A stretch of DNA of 64,000 bases from a bacterium (GCA_032250835.1 JAVVEA010000018.1:12428-76427); one strand, 5' to 3'. Positions 20,331-32,710 are shown, counted from the stretch's first letter. Notes: generated by a model from the sequence alone, not told the origin. A program made the numbers and translations.

Positions 20331-20978
20331 ATGAAAGACGAGTTGATCCGATCTACCAATCTAGAACGCTTGCTCCAGCTGATCCACGCTGAAGGCATGG
20401 AAAAGGCGCAGACCGAAGCCAACCATTTGCTGGCCTCGGCCAAGGAAGAGGCCCAACGGCTATTAGACAACGCCAAACAAGAAGCACGCAAAATGCACCA
20501 AGAGGCGGAGCTGCATCTCAAGCGCTCCGAAGCCGCCCAGACCGAGCGTCTTTCCATGGCCGCCCGAGACCTCTTACTGCAATTAAGCGAGCAGTTAACC
20601 CAAGGTTTTAAGCGCTTTGTCCAGACCGAGGTAGAGGCCCGCCTAACGCCGGAGTTGATCGCTAGCTTCTTAACCTCCCTGGCCCAAGCGCCGCAAAGCC
20701 AAAAACCCTTAGACCTGCTGGTTCCCCACAAAGACCTAGAGGCTATAGAAGCAGCGCTGCAAAAAGCCTTTGGCGAAAAGCTCGTCGAGGAAGTGCGTCT
20801 ACAAGGGAGCGACAAGGTGAGCGCCGGGTTGTTGGTGCAAGAAGAGGGAGCCGATGCCTTTTTGGACTTTAGCGCCGCCGCCTTGGCCCAGCGCATGACC
20901 CGCTACTTAAGCCCGCGCCTTCGCGACCTTTGGGAAGAAGCCACCGCCCCGTTGGAGGGCAGCGGAGGTCGGCCATGA
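20331..20978 (+). CDS. ntpE: V/A-type ATP synthase subunit E
   Basis: LLQLIHAEGMEKA coiled coil; first gene of the operon. Confidence 0.8.
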   Translation: MKDELIRSTNLERLLQLIHAEGMEKAQTEANHLLASAKEEAQRLLDNAKQEARKMHQEAELHLKRSEAAQTERLSMAARDLLLQLSEQLTQGFKRFVQTEVEARLTPELIASFLTSLAQAPQSQKPLDLLVPHKDLEAIEAALQKAFGEKLVEEVRLQGSDKVSAGLLVQEEGADAFLDFSAAALAQRMTRYLSPRLRDLWEEATAPLEGSGGRP

Positions 20979-21529
20979 GTTATCCTTACCTACTCGCCAC
21001 GCTACCCCCGCTAGATTTCAGACAAAAGCCTGAGATTACCTCAGACCAGCTGATTGAACTATGCCGGGGCCACCTAAGCGAAGCCGAACAGTCCCAGCTA
21101 GAGGGGGTCTTCGCCAACCCGCCCCTAGAAGAGGGGCCTCAGGTGTTGCAAGAATATTTGGGCTTTCGCCGCAGCCTAGACCACGAATTAGCCCAACTAC
21201 GGGCCCAGGAACTCCAAAGCAAGGCGGACTTGAGTACCGATTTAATGCCCGAAGCCCCCAAACCCCTGGCCGAAGAAGCCAAACATGCCCACAATCCCTT
21301 AGAGTCCGAAATGATCCGTTTGTACCATCTTTGGGATCGTTTGCGGCAGCTTGAGGCCAACCACTTCCTCAACTTTTCGGCACTGTTGATCTACGCCTTG
21401 CAATTGCGGTTGTTAGAACGCAAAAATCAATTTGATGCCGAAAAGGGGCGGGCGAAGCTCAAACAACTGGCCCACGAACTTCTGCCCAATCGCTTCATTG
21501 CACCAACGATGGAAGAGGAGGCCTCATGA
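20975..21529 (+). CDS. DUF2764 protein (V-type ATPase subunit C-like)
   Basis: MSYPYLLATLPPL start, ATGA overlap with E, lies between E and A. Confidence 0.78.
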   Translation: MSYPYLLATLPPLDFRQKPEITSDQLIELCRGHLSEAEQSQLEGVFANPPLEEGPQVLQEYLGFRRSLDHELAQLRAQELQSKADLSTDLMPEAPKPLAEEAKHAHNPLESEMIRLYHLWDRLRQLEANHFLNFSALLIYALQLRLLERKNQFDAEKGRAKLKQLAHELLPNRFIAPTMEEEAS

Positions 21530-23251
21530 GCAGTTTGGCTACAGTGGTGGGCGTCAACGGCAACCTCGTTAAGGTGCGGTTCACCGGCCAGATCATGCAA
21601 AACGAAATTGCCTTGGTCCATTTAGGGGATCAACGCCTTAAAGGCGAGGTGATCCGCATCCGAGGCAACGAGGCAGAGCTACAGATCTTTGAGGATTGCA
21701 AGGACGTAGGCCAAGGGGACTCGGTGGAGTTTACCGGGGACCTGCTTTCGGTCCAGCTGGGGCCGGGCTTATTGGGGATGCTCTTTGACGGGCTGCAAAA
21801 CCCACTCAACCGGATGGCCGCCGAACAGGGATTTTTTACCCCCCGAGGCAGCCAAATCCCCTCTTTAGACCCAGAACAACGCTGGGCCTTCACGCCCAAA
21901 GCCCAGGTCGGGGACCGGCTGATGCCCGGTGATTTACTCGGGACGGTCCCCGAAGGTAGATTTGAGCACCGCATCATGGTCCCCTTTTACCTTAAGGGTC
22001 CTTTGGAGCTTAAAGAGCTGGCGGCGGCCGGGGAATTTGACTTACAAAGGCCTATCGGGCGGGCGGTTGACGTTGACGGCAAGAGCCATGAACTAAAGTT
22101 GGGCTTCCGCTGGCCGGTCAAGAAGCCGGTCAAAATCTACCAAGAGCGATTGATGCCCACCGAACCGATGGTCACCCAGGTGCGGATTGTGGACGCCCTG
22201 TTTCCGGTGGCTAAGGGGGGTACCTACTGCATCCCCGGTCCCTTTGGCGCAGGCAAGACCGTGTTGCAGCAGATCACCAGCCGCTACGCCGAGGTAGACA
22301 TCGTGATCATCGCCGCCTGCGGCGAGCGGGCCAACGAGGTGGTGGAGACCATCAAAGAATTCCCTGAATTGATCGACCCAAAGACCGGCAAAAGCCTGAT
22401 GGAGCGCACCATCATCATCTGCAACACCAGCAGCATGCCGGTGGCGGCGCGCGAATCTTCGGTATACACCGCCGTAACCCTAGGCGAATATTACCGCCAA
22501 ATGGGTCTGGATGTGTTGATGCTGGCCGACTCGACCAGCCGCTGGGCCCAGGCGTTACGCGAGCGCAGCGGACGGCTAGAAGAAATCCCCGGAGAGGAAG
22601 CCTTTCCGGCCTATCTAGAAAGCACCATTGCCAGTTTTTACGAACGGGCCGGCCGGGTCCGGTTTAAAAGCGGAGACATCGGCAGCCTAACGATCGGCGG
22701 CACCGTCAGTCCCGCTGGCGGCAACTTTGAAGAGCCCGTCACCAAGGCTACTTTAAAGGTAGTCGGTGCCTTCCATGGCCTTTCACGCGAGCGCTCCGAT
22801 GCGCGCCGCTATCCCTCTATCGACCCTTTGGAATCCTGGAGTAAATACCCCGGTGTGATCAGCGCGCCACGCCGCCAGAAGGTGTCCAAGCTATTGCACC
22901 AAGTCTTTGAAATCAATCAGATGATGAAAGTGATCGGCGATGAAGGCACCAGCACCAAAGATTACACCACCTACCTTAAGGGTGAATTCTTTGATTCCGT
23001 CTTTTTGCAGCAAAACGCCTTCGACGAGGTGGACGCCGCCACCCCTAAAGAGCGCCAAGAAACCTCTTTTTCTATGGTCGAGCTGTTGGTCGAAGCAGAC
23101 CTGAATTTTGAGGATAAAGATTCGGCCCGTAAGTTTTTTACCGGCCTGCGCCAGCGGTTTATTGACTGGAACAGCTTACCTTCTGATTCTCAGGGTTACC
23201 AAAAGAAAGCCGAAGAAATCGTCTGGTTGATCCAAAAGCAAGGGGGTGCTC

Positions 23252-23259
<8 letters not shown>
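21526..23259 (+). CDS. ntpA: V/A-type ATP synthase subunit A (atpA/ntpA)
   Basis: P-loop [36 protein letters not shown]. Confidence 0.96.
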
Positions 23260-24547
<1,288 letters not shown>

Positions 24548-24550
24548 GTT

Positions 24551-25165
24551 ATGGCCCAAATCCGACTCACCCAGACGGCACTGAAGCAGCAGAAGGATCA
24601 GCTCAAGACCTTCCGCCGCTTCTTGCCCACCCTATTGGTCAAGAAACAGCTGCTGCAACGCGAATTGCTCGCCTGCCGGGCGCGGATCGAAGCGTTAGAA
24701 GAGCGGGTGCGCCAGCTTTGGCTTGAGTTAGACGAATGGGTGGGTCTCTTTGCCGAAGAGATCGGCTTAGATCAGTTGGTCCAGATTGAGTCCATCGAAA
24801 CGGATTTAGAACCCGTTGCGGGGTTGGAGTTGCCTCGTTTTAAGGGCCTGACCCTTAAGACCATCCCTTATGACCTCTACAAAACCCCTCTTTGGACCGA
24901 ACGGGGGATCGACGCGCTCCAGCGGTTGGCTAGCATTGAGGCCGAAGTATCCTTAGAGTTCGAGGCCGAAGAACTCATCGCCCATGAACTACGCATCACC
25001 GGACAGCGGGTCAACCTCTTTGAGAAAGTCAAAATCCCACAAACCCAAGAAAATATCCGCCGCATCCGTACCCACCTGGACGATCAAGCGGTTGCCGCCG
25101 TGGGCTGGGCTCGGGGAGCCAAGAAGAAGCTGGCCCAGCGGCCTTTAGTCAAGGGGGTTTTATGA
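24551..25165 (+). CDS. ntpD: V/A-type ATP synthase subunit D
   Basis: RFLPTLLVKKQLL, QRVNLFEKVKIP. Confidence 0.94.
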   Translation: MAQIRLTQTALKQQKDQLKTFRRFLPTLLVKKQLLQRELLACRARIEALEERVRQLWLELDEWVGLFAEEIGLDQLVQIESIETDLEPVAGLELPRFKGLTLKTIPYDLYKTPLWTERGIDALQRLASIEAEVSLEFEAEELIAHELRITGQRVNLFEKVKIPQTQENIRRIRTHLDDQAVAAVGWARGAKKKLAQRPLVKGVL

Positions 25166-26979
25166 TTGAGCCCATGACCCGCGCCACCTTATTGTTTCAA
25201 ACAAGCTGCCAAGACATCGCGCTGCGCGCCCTGGGTGAGGCCGGGGTGATCATGTTAGACGAGCCTAAAGAAATCCATTTGGAGGCCTTAGGCGAACAAC
25301 GCCGCCGGGCCGAAGCGCTACGGAACTGGCTCGCGGGACAACCGGCAGAACCCTACGGCGAGCCGGAATTGGGCAAAGAGCGTTTTGAAACCATCGAAGC
25401 CCTAAAATCCGAGCAAGACCGGCTAACCCGCCAAATCACCCACCAGCGGGCCCAGGCCCGGCGCTGGACGGAGTTGGGCGACTTTGATTCTGGTATTTTG
25501 CGCCACTTGCGTGACGCGGGCTGGACCTTAAATCTTTACGAATTGCAATCTAAAGAGTTCGAAGCCTTAGGTCCCCGTGTATTCTGGTTCCCCCTCTTTG
25601 AGCGGCACCACCGCTGGGTAGTGGCGCTGGTATCTAAAGACCCCGAACCTGTCGAGGGGTTGCGCCGCGCCGAGTGGCCTGAGCACAACCCCAGCGAACT
25701 GCGCGCCATGGCCTTTGCCAATGCCCAACGGTTGGCTCAGGTGCAAGCGGAGTTGGACTTCCTGCTCGAAGACAGCGCCCCGCTCTTTGCGTACCTCTTA
25801 AAACTAGAAAACAACCGGCAATTTGAAGAAGCCCAGGCGAGCCTAGAGGACTACGGTCCCTTATCTTACACCTGCGGTTACCTTCCCAGCAAGGAGTTGG
25901 ACGGCCTGCGCCAGTTGGTCAGCGAACGGGGGATGGTGCTGCTCGAAGAACCTGCCGAACCCGGCGAATCGGACCGAGTGCCGACGTTGCTCAAGCAAAA
26001 CCAATGGAGCCGGCTGTTTAACCCGGTGCTTAAGTTTATCGGTGTGCTTCCGGGCTACCACGAACCCGATGCCAACGGTCTCTTTTTAATATTCTTCAGC
26101 CTCTTCTTCGCGCTCTTGGTCGGTGATGCGGGCTATGGTTTGATCATGCTGGTCGGCACCGCCGGGGCCCAGTGGAAGGTCAAAGGCGGCAACCGCCGCA
26201 TCTACGGGCTGTTTTACCTGTTAGGGGCTTCAACGCTCGTTTGGGGGGCGCTCACCGGGCTTTGGTTTGGGATGGAATCGGCCTTAGACTGGCCGCTGTT
26301 GAGTTACCTAGTGGTGCCCCAGATCAATGCTTGGGCCGAAGACTCGGGCCCCTTTTTGATCCGGCTGACCTTTATCATCGGCTTAGTCCAGCTATCTATT
26401 GCCCATCTCTGGCGGATTCTACGCGCCGGCGACCTCTGGACGCGGCTCAGCGAAGCCGGGTGGCTGTTGTTGCTTTTTGGGCTTTATCAGTTGGCGCTAT
26501 TTTTCGTGTTGCGTGAGCCCTTGTCGGACTTAACGGTACCGGTGATCGGCGCGGCGCTGGGCCTAGTTTTATGTTTTAGCGAGCAAAAGCCCCAACAATC
26601 CTTCGCCAAAGGCTTACTCCAGGGTCTGGCCAATTTCCCGCTGAACCTGCTCGATGCGGTGGGCAACTTCTCGGATCTGGTCTCTTATATCCGTCTCTTT
26701 GCGGTAGGGCTCGCCACCAAAGAGATGGCCGTGACCTTCAACCACTTGGCCCTAGGCGTAGGGTTCGACAGCTGGTTGGCTGGTCTGGGCGCGGTGGTGG
26801 TCTTGCTCTTGGGCCATTGGATCAACCTGATGCTGGCGGGCATTGCCGTGATGGTTCATGGCATCCGTCTGAACTTCTTAGAATTTTCTAAACACCTCAG
26901 TCTAGAATGGACGGGACGGCCTTTCCGCCCCTTCAAGCTACAACCTGAAACCAAAGGGAGCTATGGAACTGATCAATAG
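25162..26979 (+). CDS. ntpI: V/A-type ATP synthase subunit I (a)
   Basis: GDAGYG, SDLVSYIRLFAVGL, VHGIRLNFLEF. Confidence 0.95.
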   Translation: MIEPMTRATLLFQTSCQDIALRALGEAGVIMLDEPKEIHLEALGEQRRRAEALRNWLAGQPAEPYGEPELGKERFETIEALKSEQDRLTRQITHQRAQARRWTELGDFDSGILRHLRDAGWTLNLYELQSKEFEALGPRVFWFPLFERHHRWVVALVSKDPEPVEGLRRAEWPEHNPSELRAMAFANAQRLAQVQAELDFLLEDSAPLFAYLLKLENNRQFEEAQASLEDYGPLSYTCGYLPSKELDGLRQLVSERGMVLLEEPAEPGESDRVPTLLKQNQWSRLFNPVLKFIGVLPGYHEPDANGLFLIFFSLFFALLVGDAGYGLIMLVGTAGAQWKVKGGNRRIYGLFYLLGASTLVWGALTGLWFGMESALDWPLLSYLVVPQINAWAEDSGPFLIRLTFIIGLVQLSIAHLWRILRAGDLWTRLSEAGWLLLLFGLYQLALFFVLREPLSDLTVPVIGAALGLVLCFSEQKPQQSFAKGLLQGLANFPLNLLDAVGNFSDLVSYIRLFAVGLATKEMAVTFNHLALGVGFDSWLAGLGAVVVLLLGHWINLMLAGIAVMVHGIRLNFLEFSKHLSLEWTGRPFRPFKLQPETKGSYGTDQ

Positions 26980-27403
26980 TCTAGGCAACGGCGGCTATGT
27001 GCTCGCCCTCAGCTTGGCCGCCGCCGGTTCGGCGCTGGGCACCGGCACCACGGGCATGGCGGCGGTGGGTGCTTGGCGCAAGGCTTTTTTAAAAGGTAAG
27101 TCCGCGCCCTTTATCCTGGTCGCCTTTGCTTCGGCCCCCTTAAGCCAGACCATCTACGGGATGATCTTGATGAATGCGCTGGTCGCCGCACCGGACGCCG
27201 ACCCCTTGGCCCGCTTGTTTACCGGCTTCTTCGGCGGGCTGGCGATGGGCATGTCGGCTTGGTATCAAGGCAAAGCTGGCGCCGTCGCTTGTGATGCTTT
27301 GGTCGACACCGGCAAGGGCCTGGGTAATTATATCATGGTCTTAGGGATTGTGGAGACGGTGGCGCTGTTTGTGATGGTCTTTTTGATGACCAATTTAGGT
27401 TAA
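26963..27403 (+). CDS. ntpK: V/A-type ATP synthase subunit K (c)
   Basis: 4-TM proteolipid, APLSQTIYG, GIVETVALF. Confidence 0.95.
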   Translation: MELINSLGNGGYVLALSLAAAGSALGTGTTGMAAVGAWRKAFLKGKSAPFILVAFASAPLSQTIYGMILMNALVAAPDADPLARLFTGFFGGLAMGMSAWYQGKAGAVACDALVDTGKGLGNYIMVLGIVETVALFVMVFLMTNLG

Positions 27404-27421
27404 AATCCAGCCCCTGTAGAC

Positions 27422-28447
27422 ATGAAACAATTGCTTTGGTTGCTGCTGGGCCTGTTCGTTGCTGCTTGCAGTAACTCAGAGCCGGATTCGCCCCAATGGC
27501 GCAATGGCTCGTTCCATAACCTAAGCAACGACGAGATCTTAAACCAGAATATACTCGACTACCTCTGGGCCCGCTTCACTGCCGAAGAATACCATGCTTG
27601 GCCCGAATCCATCCCCTACCAGCAAGTAGCCCCTGCGTGGGAGCCGGTCCCGCCAGGGGAGGTGCAGGTGCGCCTGTTGGGCCATGCGTCGGTCTTGGTG
27701 CGTTTGCCGCAGCTAAACCTCCTGATTGATCCCCATTGGTCGCCAAGGGCCAGCCCCTTTTCTTTTATGGGCCCCAAGCGGGTACGGCCCCCGGCGGTCC
27801 GGTTTGAGGACTTACCGCCCATCGACCTCGTCTTGATCAGCCACAACCACTACGACCACTTAGACCTTCCCACGCTCAAGCGACTACAAAAAGCCTTTAA
27901 CCCCCTGTTTTTAGTTCCCCTAGAAGCAGATAGGCTGCTCAAGTCAGAGGGCATCTTGCGGACCCAAGGAATGGACTGGTGGCAGTCTGAGGACCTCAAA
28001 AACCTAAAGGTCACCTTTGTTCCAGCCCAGCATTTTTCCGCCCGTGGCCTCTTTGACCGAGCCCAGACCCTGTGGGGCAGTTGGCACCTAAAAACCCAGG
28101 GCTTGAGCCTTTACCACGCAGGCGATACGGCGATGGCCGAACATTTTGCCTTGATCGCCCAAAAGATGGGCCCGGTAGATTTGGCGGTCTTGCCCATTGG
28201 GGCCTATGTGCCTTGGGATTTCATGCAAAAGGTCCACCTCAACCCGGAGCAGGCCGTCGAGGCCCACCTGCAACTTCAGTCCAAACAAAGTCTGGCCATG
28301 CATTACGGCTACTTTCAGCTCACCGGCGAGCCCATTGAAGAGCCCCCGATCCGACTAAAAGCTGAGTTAGCCAGAAGAGGCTTGGATGAGCGTGATTTTT
28401 CCACCCCCGCCTATGGGGACTTGATCCTTTTGGAAAACCCGCCCTAA
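27422..28447 (+). CDS. MBL-fold metallo-hydrolase (NAPE-PLD/RomA-like), probable lipoprotein
   Basis: SHNHYDHLD, PAQHFS, AGDT, LPIGAY; lipobox VAAC. Confidence 0.9.
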   Translation: MKQLLWLLLGLFVAACSNSEPDSPQWRNGSFHNLSNDEILNQNILDYLWARFTAEEYHAWPESIPYQQVAPAWEPVPPGEVQVRLLGHASVLVRLPQLNLLIDPHWSPRASPFSFMGPKRVRPPAVRFEDLPPIDLVLISHNHYDHLDLPTLKRLQKAFNPLFLVPLEADRLLKSEGILRTQGMDWWQSEDLKNLKVTFVPAQHFSARGLFDRAQTLWGSWHLKTQGLSLYHAGDTAMAEHFALIAQKMGPVDLAVLPIGAYVPWDFMQKVHLNPEQAVEAHLQLQSKQSLAMHYGYFQLTGEPIEEPPIRLKAELARRGLDERDFSTPAYGDLILLENPP

Positions 28448-28586
28448 AAGAGGCTAGTAGCGCGTTTATCGCCTTATTTTTTTAGCTTCTGTGCTGGGCC
28501 AAATGAAAATAATCAGGTAAAAGAGGCCAAGCCAAAAAACGTCTTTGTTGAGAGACCTTTGGCGCAACCCTATCTGAACCAGACTT

Positions 28587-31274
28587 TTGCAGTTGTTCCG
28601 CCTACCCATTTTGTGGATGCTTTTAGGTTTCCTCTTTTGCGGAACCTTAAGTAGCTACGCCCAAAATGCGGTAGAGGTAACACCCGAATTCCTTCGCTGG
28701 GAGAAGCGCGACCACCGCCTGTACTTGGCCTTAACGCTCAGCAACCTTTCGGAAAAAGCCACGCAGGTCTACGGCGAAGTCGATCTTTCCACCAGCCAAT
28801 ACCGCAAACGCATCCGCTTTGAATACCCCCTAGCCTTCCAGGGCGAACGCAGCCTTGAAGTCCGTGGCCCGGAGATGGACTTCTTAGACGAGGACTTCTT
28901 GGTGGTGTCGGTCCAAATATTCGATGCCAACAGCAAAAAAGCTTTAGACCAAACCGACAAGTTCAGCGTCCCCCTGCCCCGCGATCCGGAAACTTTACTG
29001 CGCTCTCAAGGGGCTCTACTCCTGCTTTTTGCCGCAACCGAAGACAAGGCCACCGAGCTTGCGGAGCGCACCACCAAACCCACCCGGATGGTGCCTACGG
29101 TTAAAGCAGAGCGACACGGAGAGGTCCTGTGGCAGACCGAAGGGGTAACCAGCAACTGGGGCCAGGAATTGGTCGAAGGCCTAAACCTGCGCGAAAACGC
29201 CGTTGAGGTGGTCTTAAAACCCCAACTGGTGGTTCGTATGTCGCAGCCCGTAGTGGCGCGTAGCTTCCGCCCCTCTTTGGTCAGTCTGGTCGGCGTCGAA
29301 GGGGAAGGGGAAGGGGTTGAGGTTGCGCTCACCACCAAACTTGAGAACGACCACCTGCTCATTACGCCGGACCAAGACTTGCAGCGCGGTACCCGCTATG
29401 AATTGAGTTTAAGCCCCGGCATGATCGGCAATAAGGGGCTCAAACAAACGACGGCCCGCAAATGGAAGTTTTCGACTATCGGCGGTGTCGCTGGAAAATT
29501 CGAGGTGCTCGAAAGCAAGCCCCAGAACTTAGAGACCAAGGTCTCGATCTCCGGTCCGGTCCGTCTTTTGTTTACCGACCTGCCCGATGCCCGCAGCGTC
29601 GAGCCCACCACGGTCCAGCTATTCAAAGGCGAGGTCCAGGTGCCGGTCCGGTTGCGCTTAAGGGGCAAACAATTGCTTTTCCAGCCCATCAAACCGCTTG
29701 AGTTCTCGACAGCCTACCGATTCCAAGTTCAGGGCATCAGCGACCATCAAGGACGCGAAGTGCTGCCCTTCGGTGCCAGTTTCACTACCGAAGACAAGGA
29801 AACCCGAGCGAAGACTTTAGCTTTAAAAGGCATGTTCCCAGGCCCCAAAACCTCGGGCCTGTCGCCAGAGACCGAAATTTGGGTGCAGTTCGACCAAAAA
29901 GTCGAGCCCGCTACGGTAGCAGAAGGGGCGGGGCTCTTCGAGGGGGACAACCGAGTTGAGGGTAGTTGGGTGGCCGAAGGGGACCGGATTCGCTTTACGC
30001 CCACTGCGCCGTTGCAGTATAATAAAGTCTATGTGGTACGCCTGAACGAAGGCCTAAAAAGCAAAGAAGGCGGTGGCCTACGCGAGGATGTGGCTTGGCC
30101 CTTTGCCACCAAAAAAGACCTGGGCTACCCTGAGCAAATAGACCCCAACGTTTTGATCTTTAGTTCCAGCCACGAGCTGGTTAGTTATTTGCCCCAACGT
30201 AAAGGCACCCTAAAGATCGGGATAACGGCCTTTGGCCAGATCAAACAAGTAGACGTCAACGGTAAGCTCCTCCCGATCAAACCGGACACGCAAGTGGAGT
30301 TTAACTTGGACTACTACCTACGCCAACGGACCACCAAATTCCAGGTGTCGGTGGTCACCGAGGCGGGATTGGGCCAAAAGACGTTCACCATCAACCTAGG
30401 GTCCAAGGAAGAGGGCTTCAGTTCACGCTTAATCAGCATTGCTTCGGTGCAGAATATTGACAACGTAAACAGCGAAGCGGCGGACCAAACCGCCGATGCG
30501 GCGACCAAATCGTCGATCACCTTGGTCCCACAGCTACAATATCGTTTCTCTAAAAACCAAGCAGTGGCTCTCAAGGGTGTTATCCTGAGGGAAAAGTACT
30601 CAAATTCTAGTTTCCAAGCCCTAGAAGCGGCCTTTACCCAAGTGGCCTTAGAGTGGGAGGCCAAACAAACTTGGGTCGGTACGGCAGTCACCAACCTAGG
30701 TTGGAACGATATTCGCACTGATAACAGCAGTCCTGCGCTGGGCAAGTCCAAATTATTGGCCGAAACCTATCTGAACTTTGAAGCGACCCAGAGCTTGAGC
30801 AAAGAGACCCAGTTCAAGGAAAAATTGGAAGGAAAGTATTCCAACACCATTGCGGAGGCCGCATCGGTAGACGACGAAGCCGATGCCACCGTTTCAACCT
30901 TAACGCTGCAAGCGAAGACCAAGTTCTTCGAGGTAGGCCACCAATTTGACTTCAGCTACGAGATCAACGACGCTGTGGGGAAATACCAAGACCAGACCGC
31001 CTACAAACTGGGCGTTAAGTTTTCTAAAAAGCTCGGGCCCCTGTCGCCGAGCCTAAATATTTACCAGAAGACCACCGAATATGGGGTTTTAAACCCCACC
31101 TACGGGGTTGCCTTAAAAAACGTATCTAGTCAGGCAGATTTAAAAGTAAGCTGGTCGATCTTGCCCAAGTTGCAGTTGGGCGGAGAATATAAATACAAAA
31201 GCCAGCAGTCAAACTATGCAGCCAAGACCTTTACGGTCAGCACTTACGGACTTAGCTTGACCCACATTTGGTAA
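28587..31274 (+). CDS. Secreted protein with three Ig-like (Big_5/SbsA-like) domains and a probable C-terminal outer-membrane beta-barrel
   Basis: Signal peptide, repeated P..L....Y....W.F.T units, amphipathic strands, terminal LSLTHIW; start may be slightly later. Confidence 0.7.
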   Translation: MQLFRLPILWMLLGFLFCGTLSSYAQNAVEVTPEFLRWEKRDHRLYLALTLSNLSEKATQVYGEVDLSTSQYRKRIRFEYPLAFQGERSLEVRGPEMDFLDEDFLVVSVQIFDANSKKALDQTDKFSVPLPRDPETLLRSQGALLLLFAATEDKATELAERTTKPTRMVPTVKAERHGEVLWQTEGVTSNWGQELVEGLNLRENAVEVVLKPQLVVRMSQPVVARSFRPSLVSLVGVEGEGEGVEVALTTKLENDHLLITPDQDLQRGTRYELSLSPGMIGNKGLKQTTARKWKFSTIGGVAGKFEVLESKPQNLETKVSISGPVRLLFTDLPDARSVEPTTVQLFKGEVQVPVRLRLRGKQLLFQPIKPLEFSTAYRFQVQGISDHQGREVLPFGASFTTEDKETRAKTLALKGMFPGPKTSGLSPETEIWVQFDQKVEPATVAEGAGLFEGDNRVEGSWVAEGDRIRFTPTAPLQYNKVYVVRLNEGLKSKEGGGLREDVAWPFATKKDLGYPEQIDPNVLIFSSSHELVSYLPQRKGTLKIGITAFGQIKQVDVNGKLLPIKPDTQVEFNLDYYLRQRTTKFQVSVVTEAGLGQKTFTINLGSKEEGFSSRLISIASVQNIDNVNSEAADQTADAATKSSITLVPQLQYRFSKNQAVALKGVILREKYSNSSFQALEAAFTQVALEWEAKQTWVGTAVTNLGWNDIRTDNSSPALGKSKLLAETYLNFEATQSLSKETQFKEKLEGKYSNTIAEAASVDDEADATVSTLTLQAKTKFFEVGHQFDFSYEINDAVGKYQDQTAYKLGVKFSKKLGPLSPSLNIYQKTTEYGVLNPTYGVALKNVSSQADLKVSWSILPKLQLGGEYKYKSQQSNYAAKTFTVSTYGLSLTHIW

Positions 31275-31291
31275 AAAGACCGGTAATTCTC

Positions 31292-32701
31292 ATGAAGCAG
31301 CCCAAACTCCTCCTGATCCTTTTGACTTTCTGTCTCGCCTTGCCCATCCCCGGCTGGGTGCCGGATCTGGCGGCGGCGGAGGTCGTAGCGCGGATGACTC
31401 TGGTCGAAGGGACCATCAAGGTCCGCCGGGGCGGTAAAGACCTCATCTACCGCCGTAAGGGAGAAAAGATTGAGCTTTCGAACGGCGACAGCATCCAAAC
31501 CGGTGCTAACACCAAAGCCCAGGTTGTCTTGCTGGCTAAAGAGGACACCATTGATCTGGCTTCGAACAGCTTCTTGAACGTCAACAACGTCTCGGGCGAT
31601 ACCCGCGAATTAGGCATGCCCATCGGCAAGGCGCAATTTAAGGTCAAGCCCCTGACCAGCCCCTTGGCCCCCGGTGCAGTCCGCCCCTTCCGCATCCGCA
31701 CCGTCAACGCCTTGGTGGGGGTCAAAGGGACCGAGTTTGTCTTGGGCACCGGTGCCGAACAAACCAGCCTCTTGACCTTAGAAGGTAACGTAACCATTGC
31801 CAACATCAAGACCCCTGATGTGGAAGTGGAGGTCAAACAAAACCAAGTGGCCCAAATCACCAAGGCCGCTCCGCCGACCCAGCCGGTAGCGGTCTCACCA
31901 CAACAGGCCCAAAACATCGTTACCGCCGATAGCCCCAAGGCCTTCTCTACCGTCCAGTTCGGCGAGCCCGTCTCCTCAACTAAAGACTCGAAGAAGAAAG
32001 AAGAGAAGAAAGACGAGAAGAAAGAAGAAAAGAAAGACGAGAAGAAGGAAGAGAAGAAAGAAGAAAAGAAAGACGAGAAGAAGGAAGACGCCAAGAAGGG
32101 CGGACCTGCCGCTAAAGACGAAAAGGCCGACAAAGACCCCAAGGCTGGCGACAAAGCAGGCAAGGATGAAGGACCCAAGTCCGCCGCTAAGGCTGGTGGA
32201 ACGGGCGGTGAAGGTGGTCCTAGTGGACCCGGTGCCGGTGGTCCTGCGGCTCCGGGAGCGGCCGGTGGCCCCGGTGAAGGAGCGGGTCCTGGCGGCCTAG
32301 CGGGCCCCGAAGGAGCCGGTCCGGGCGGTGAAGGTGCGGCGGTGTTAGCGGGCGGTCCTGATGGAGCCCCTGGGCCCGAAGGCCTAAGCGGTCCTGACGG
32401 AGCTGGTCCTGCCTTGGATGCCCCTGGCGGCTTGGATACCCCCGGTGCCGAGGTCGCAACCCTTAACTTTGAGTCCGGAGACGATTTCGGCGACTTTGGT
32501 GCCGAGTTTGAAGAGGACGGACTTGGGGACTTGCCGCTCTTAGAAGACGACTTTTTTGTCGAAGTCCCCACCGATGAATTGGTCCAAACCATCATTGATC
32601 AAGTGACTGAGCAGGTAAATACAGCAACCGAAACAGTGATCGATCAGATCCAAACCACAGCGGCCCAGCCCGCTCCGGTAACCATCCAGATCAATCACTA
32701 G
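31292..32701 (+). CDS. FecR-domain protein with long low-complexity C-terminal tail
   Basis: Signal peptide, GDSIQTG, FRIRTVNALVGVKGTEF, LEGNV; KEEK repeats, Gly/Pro-rich and acidic tail. Confidence 0.85.
   Translation: MKQPKLLLILLTFCLALPIPGWVPDLAAAEVVARMTLVEGTIKVRRGGKDLIYRRKGEKIELSNGDSIQTGANTKAQVVLLAKEDTIDLASNSFLNVNNVSGDTRELGMPIGKAQFKVKPLTSPLAPGAVRPFRIRTVNALVGVKGTEFVLGTGAEQTSLLTLEGNVTIANIKTPDVEVEVKQNQVAQITKAAPPTQPVAVSPQQAQNIVTADSPKAFSTVQFGEPVSSTKDSKKKEEKKDEKKEEKKDEKKEEKKEEKKDEKKEDAKKGGPAAKDEKADKDPKAGDKAGKDEGPKSAAKAGGTGGEGGPSGPGAGGPAAPGAAGGPGEGAGPGGLAGPEGAGPGGEGAAVLAGGPDGAPGPEGLSGPDGAGPALDAPGGLDTPGAEVATLNFESGDDFGDFGAEFEEDGLGDLPLLEDDFFVEVPTDELVQTIIDQVTEQVNTATETVIDQIQTTAAQPAPVTIQINH
31991..32098 (+). 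repeat. 12-nt-period purine-rich tandem repeat encoding (K-K-E/D-E)n
   Basis: AAGAAAGAAGAG/AAGAAAGACGAG units. Confidence 0.85.
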
Positions 32702-32710
32702 GAGGCCAAA

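Noticed and set aside
20213-20896. 227-aa minus-strand ORF (and the many other short antisense ORFs in the track)
   Set aside because: Shadows of well-supported genes with no family motifs
31447-32595. 382-aa minus-strand ORF with FFSS repeats
   Set aside because: Antisense shadow of the low-complexity FecR tail
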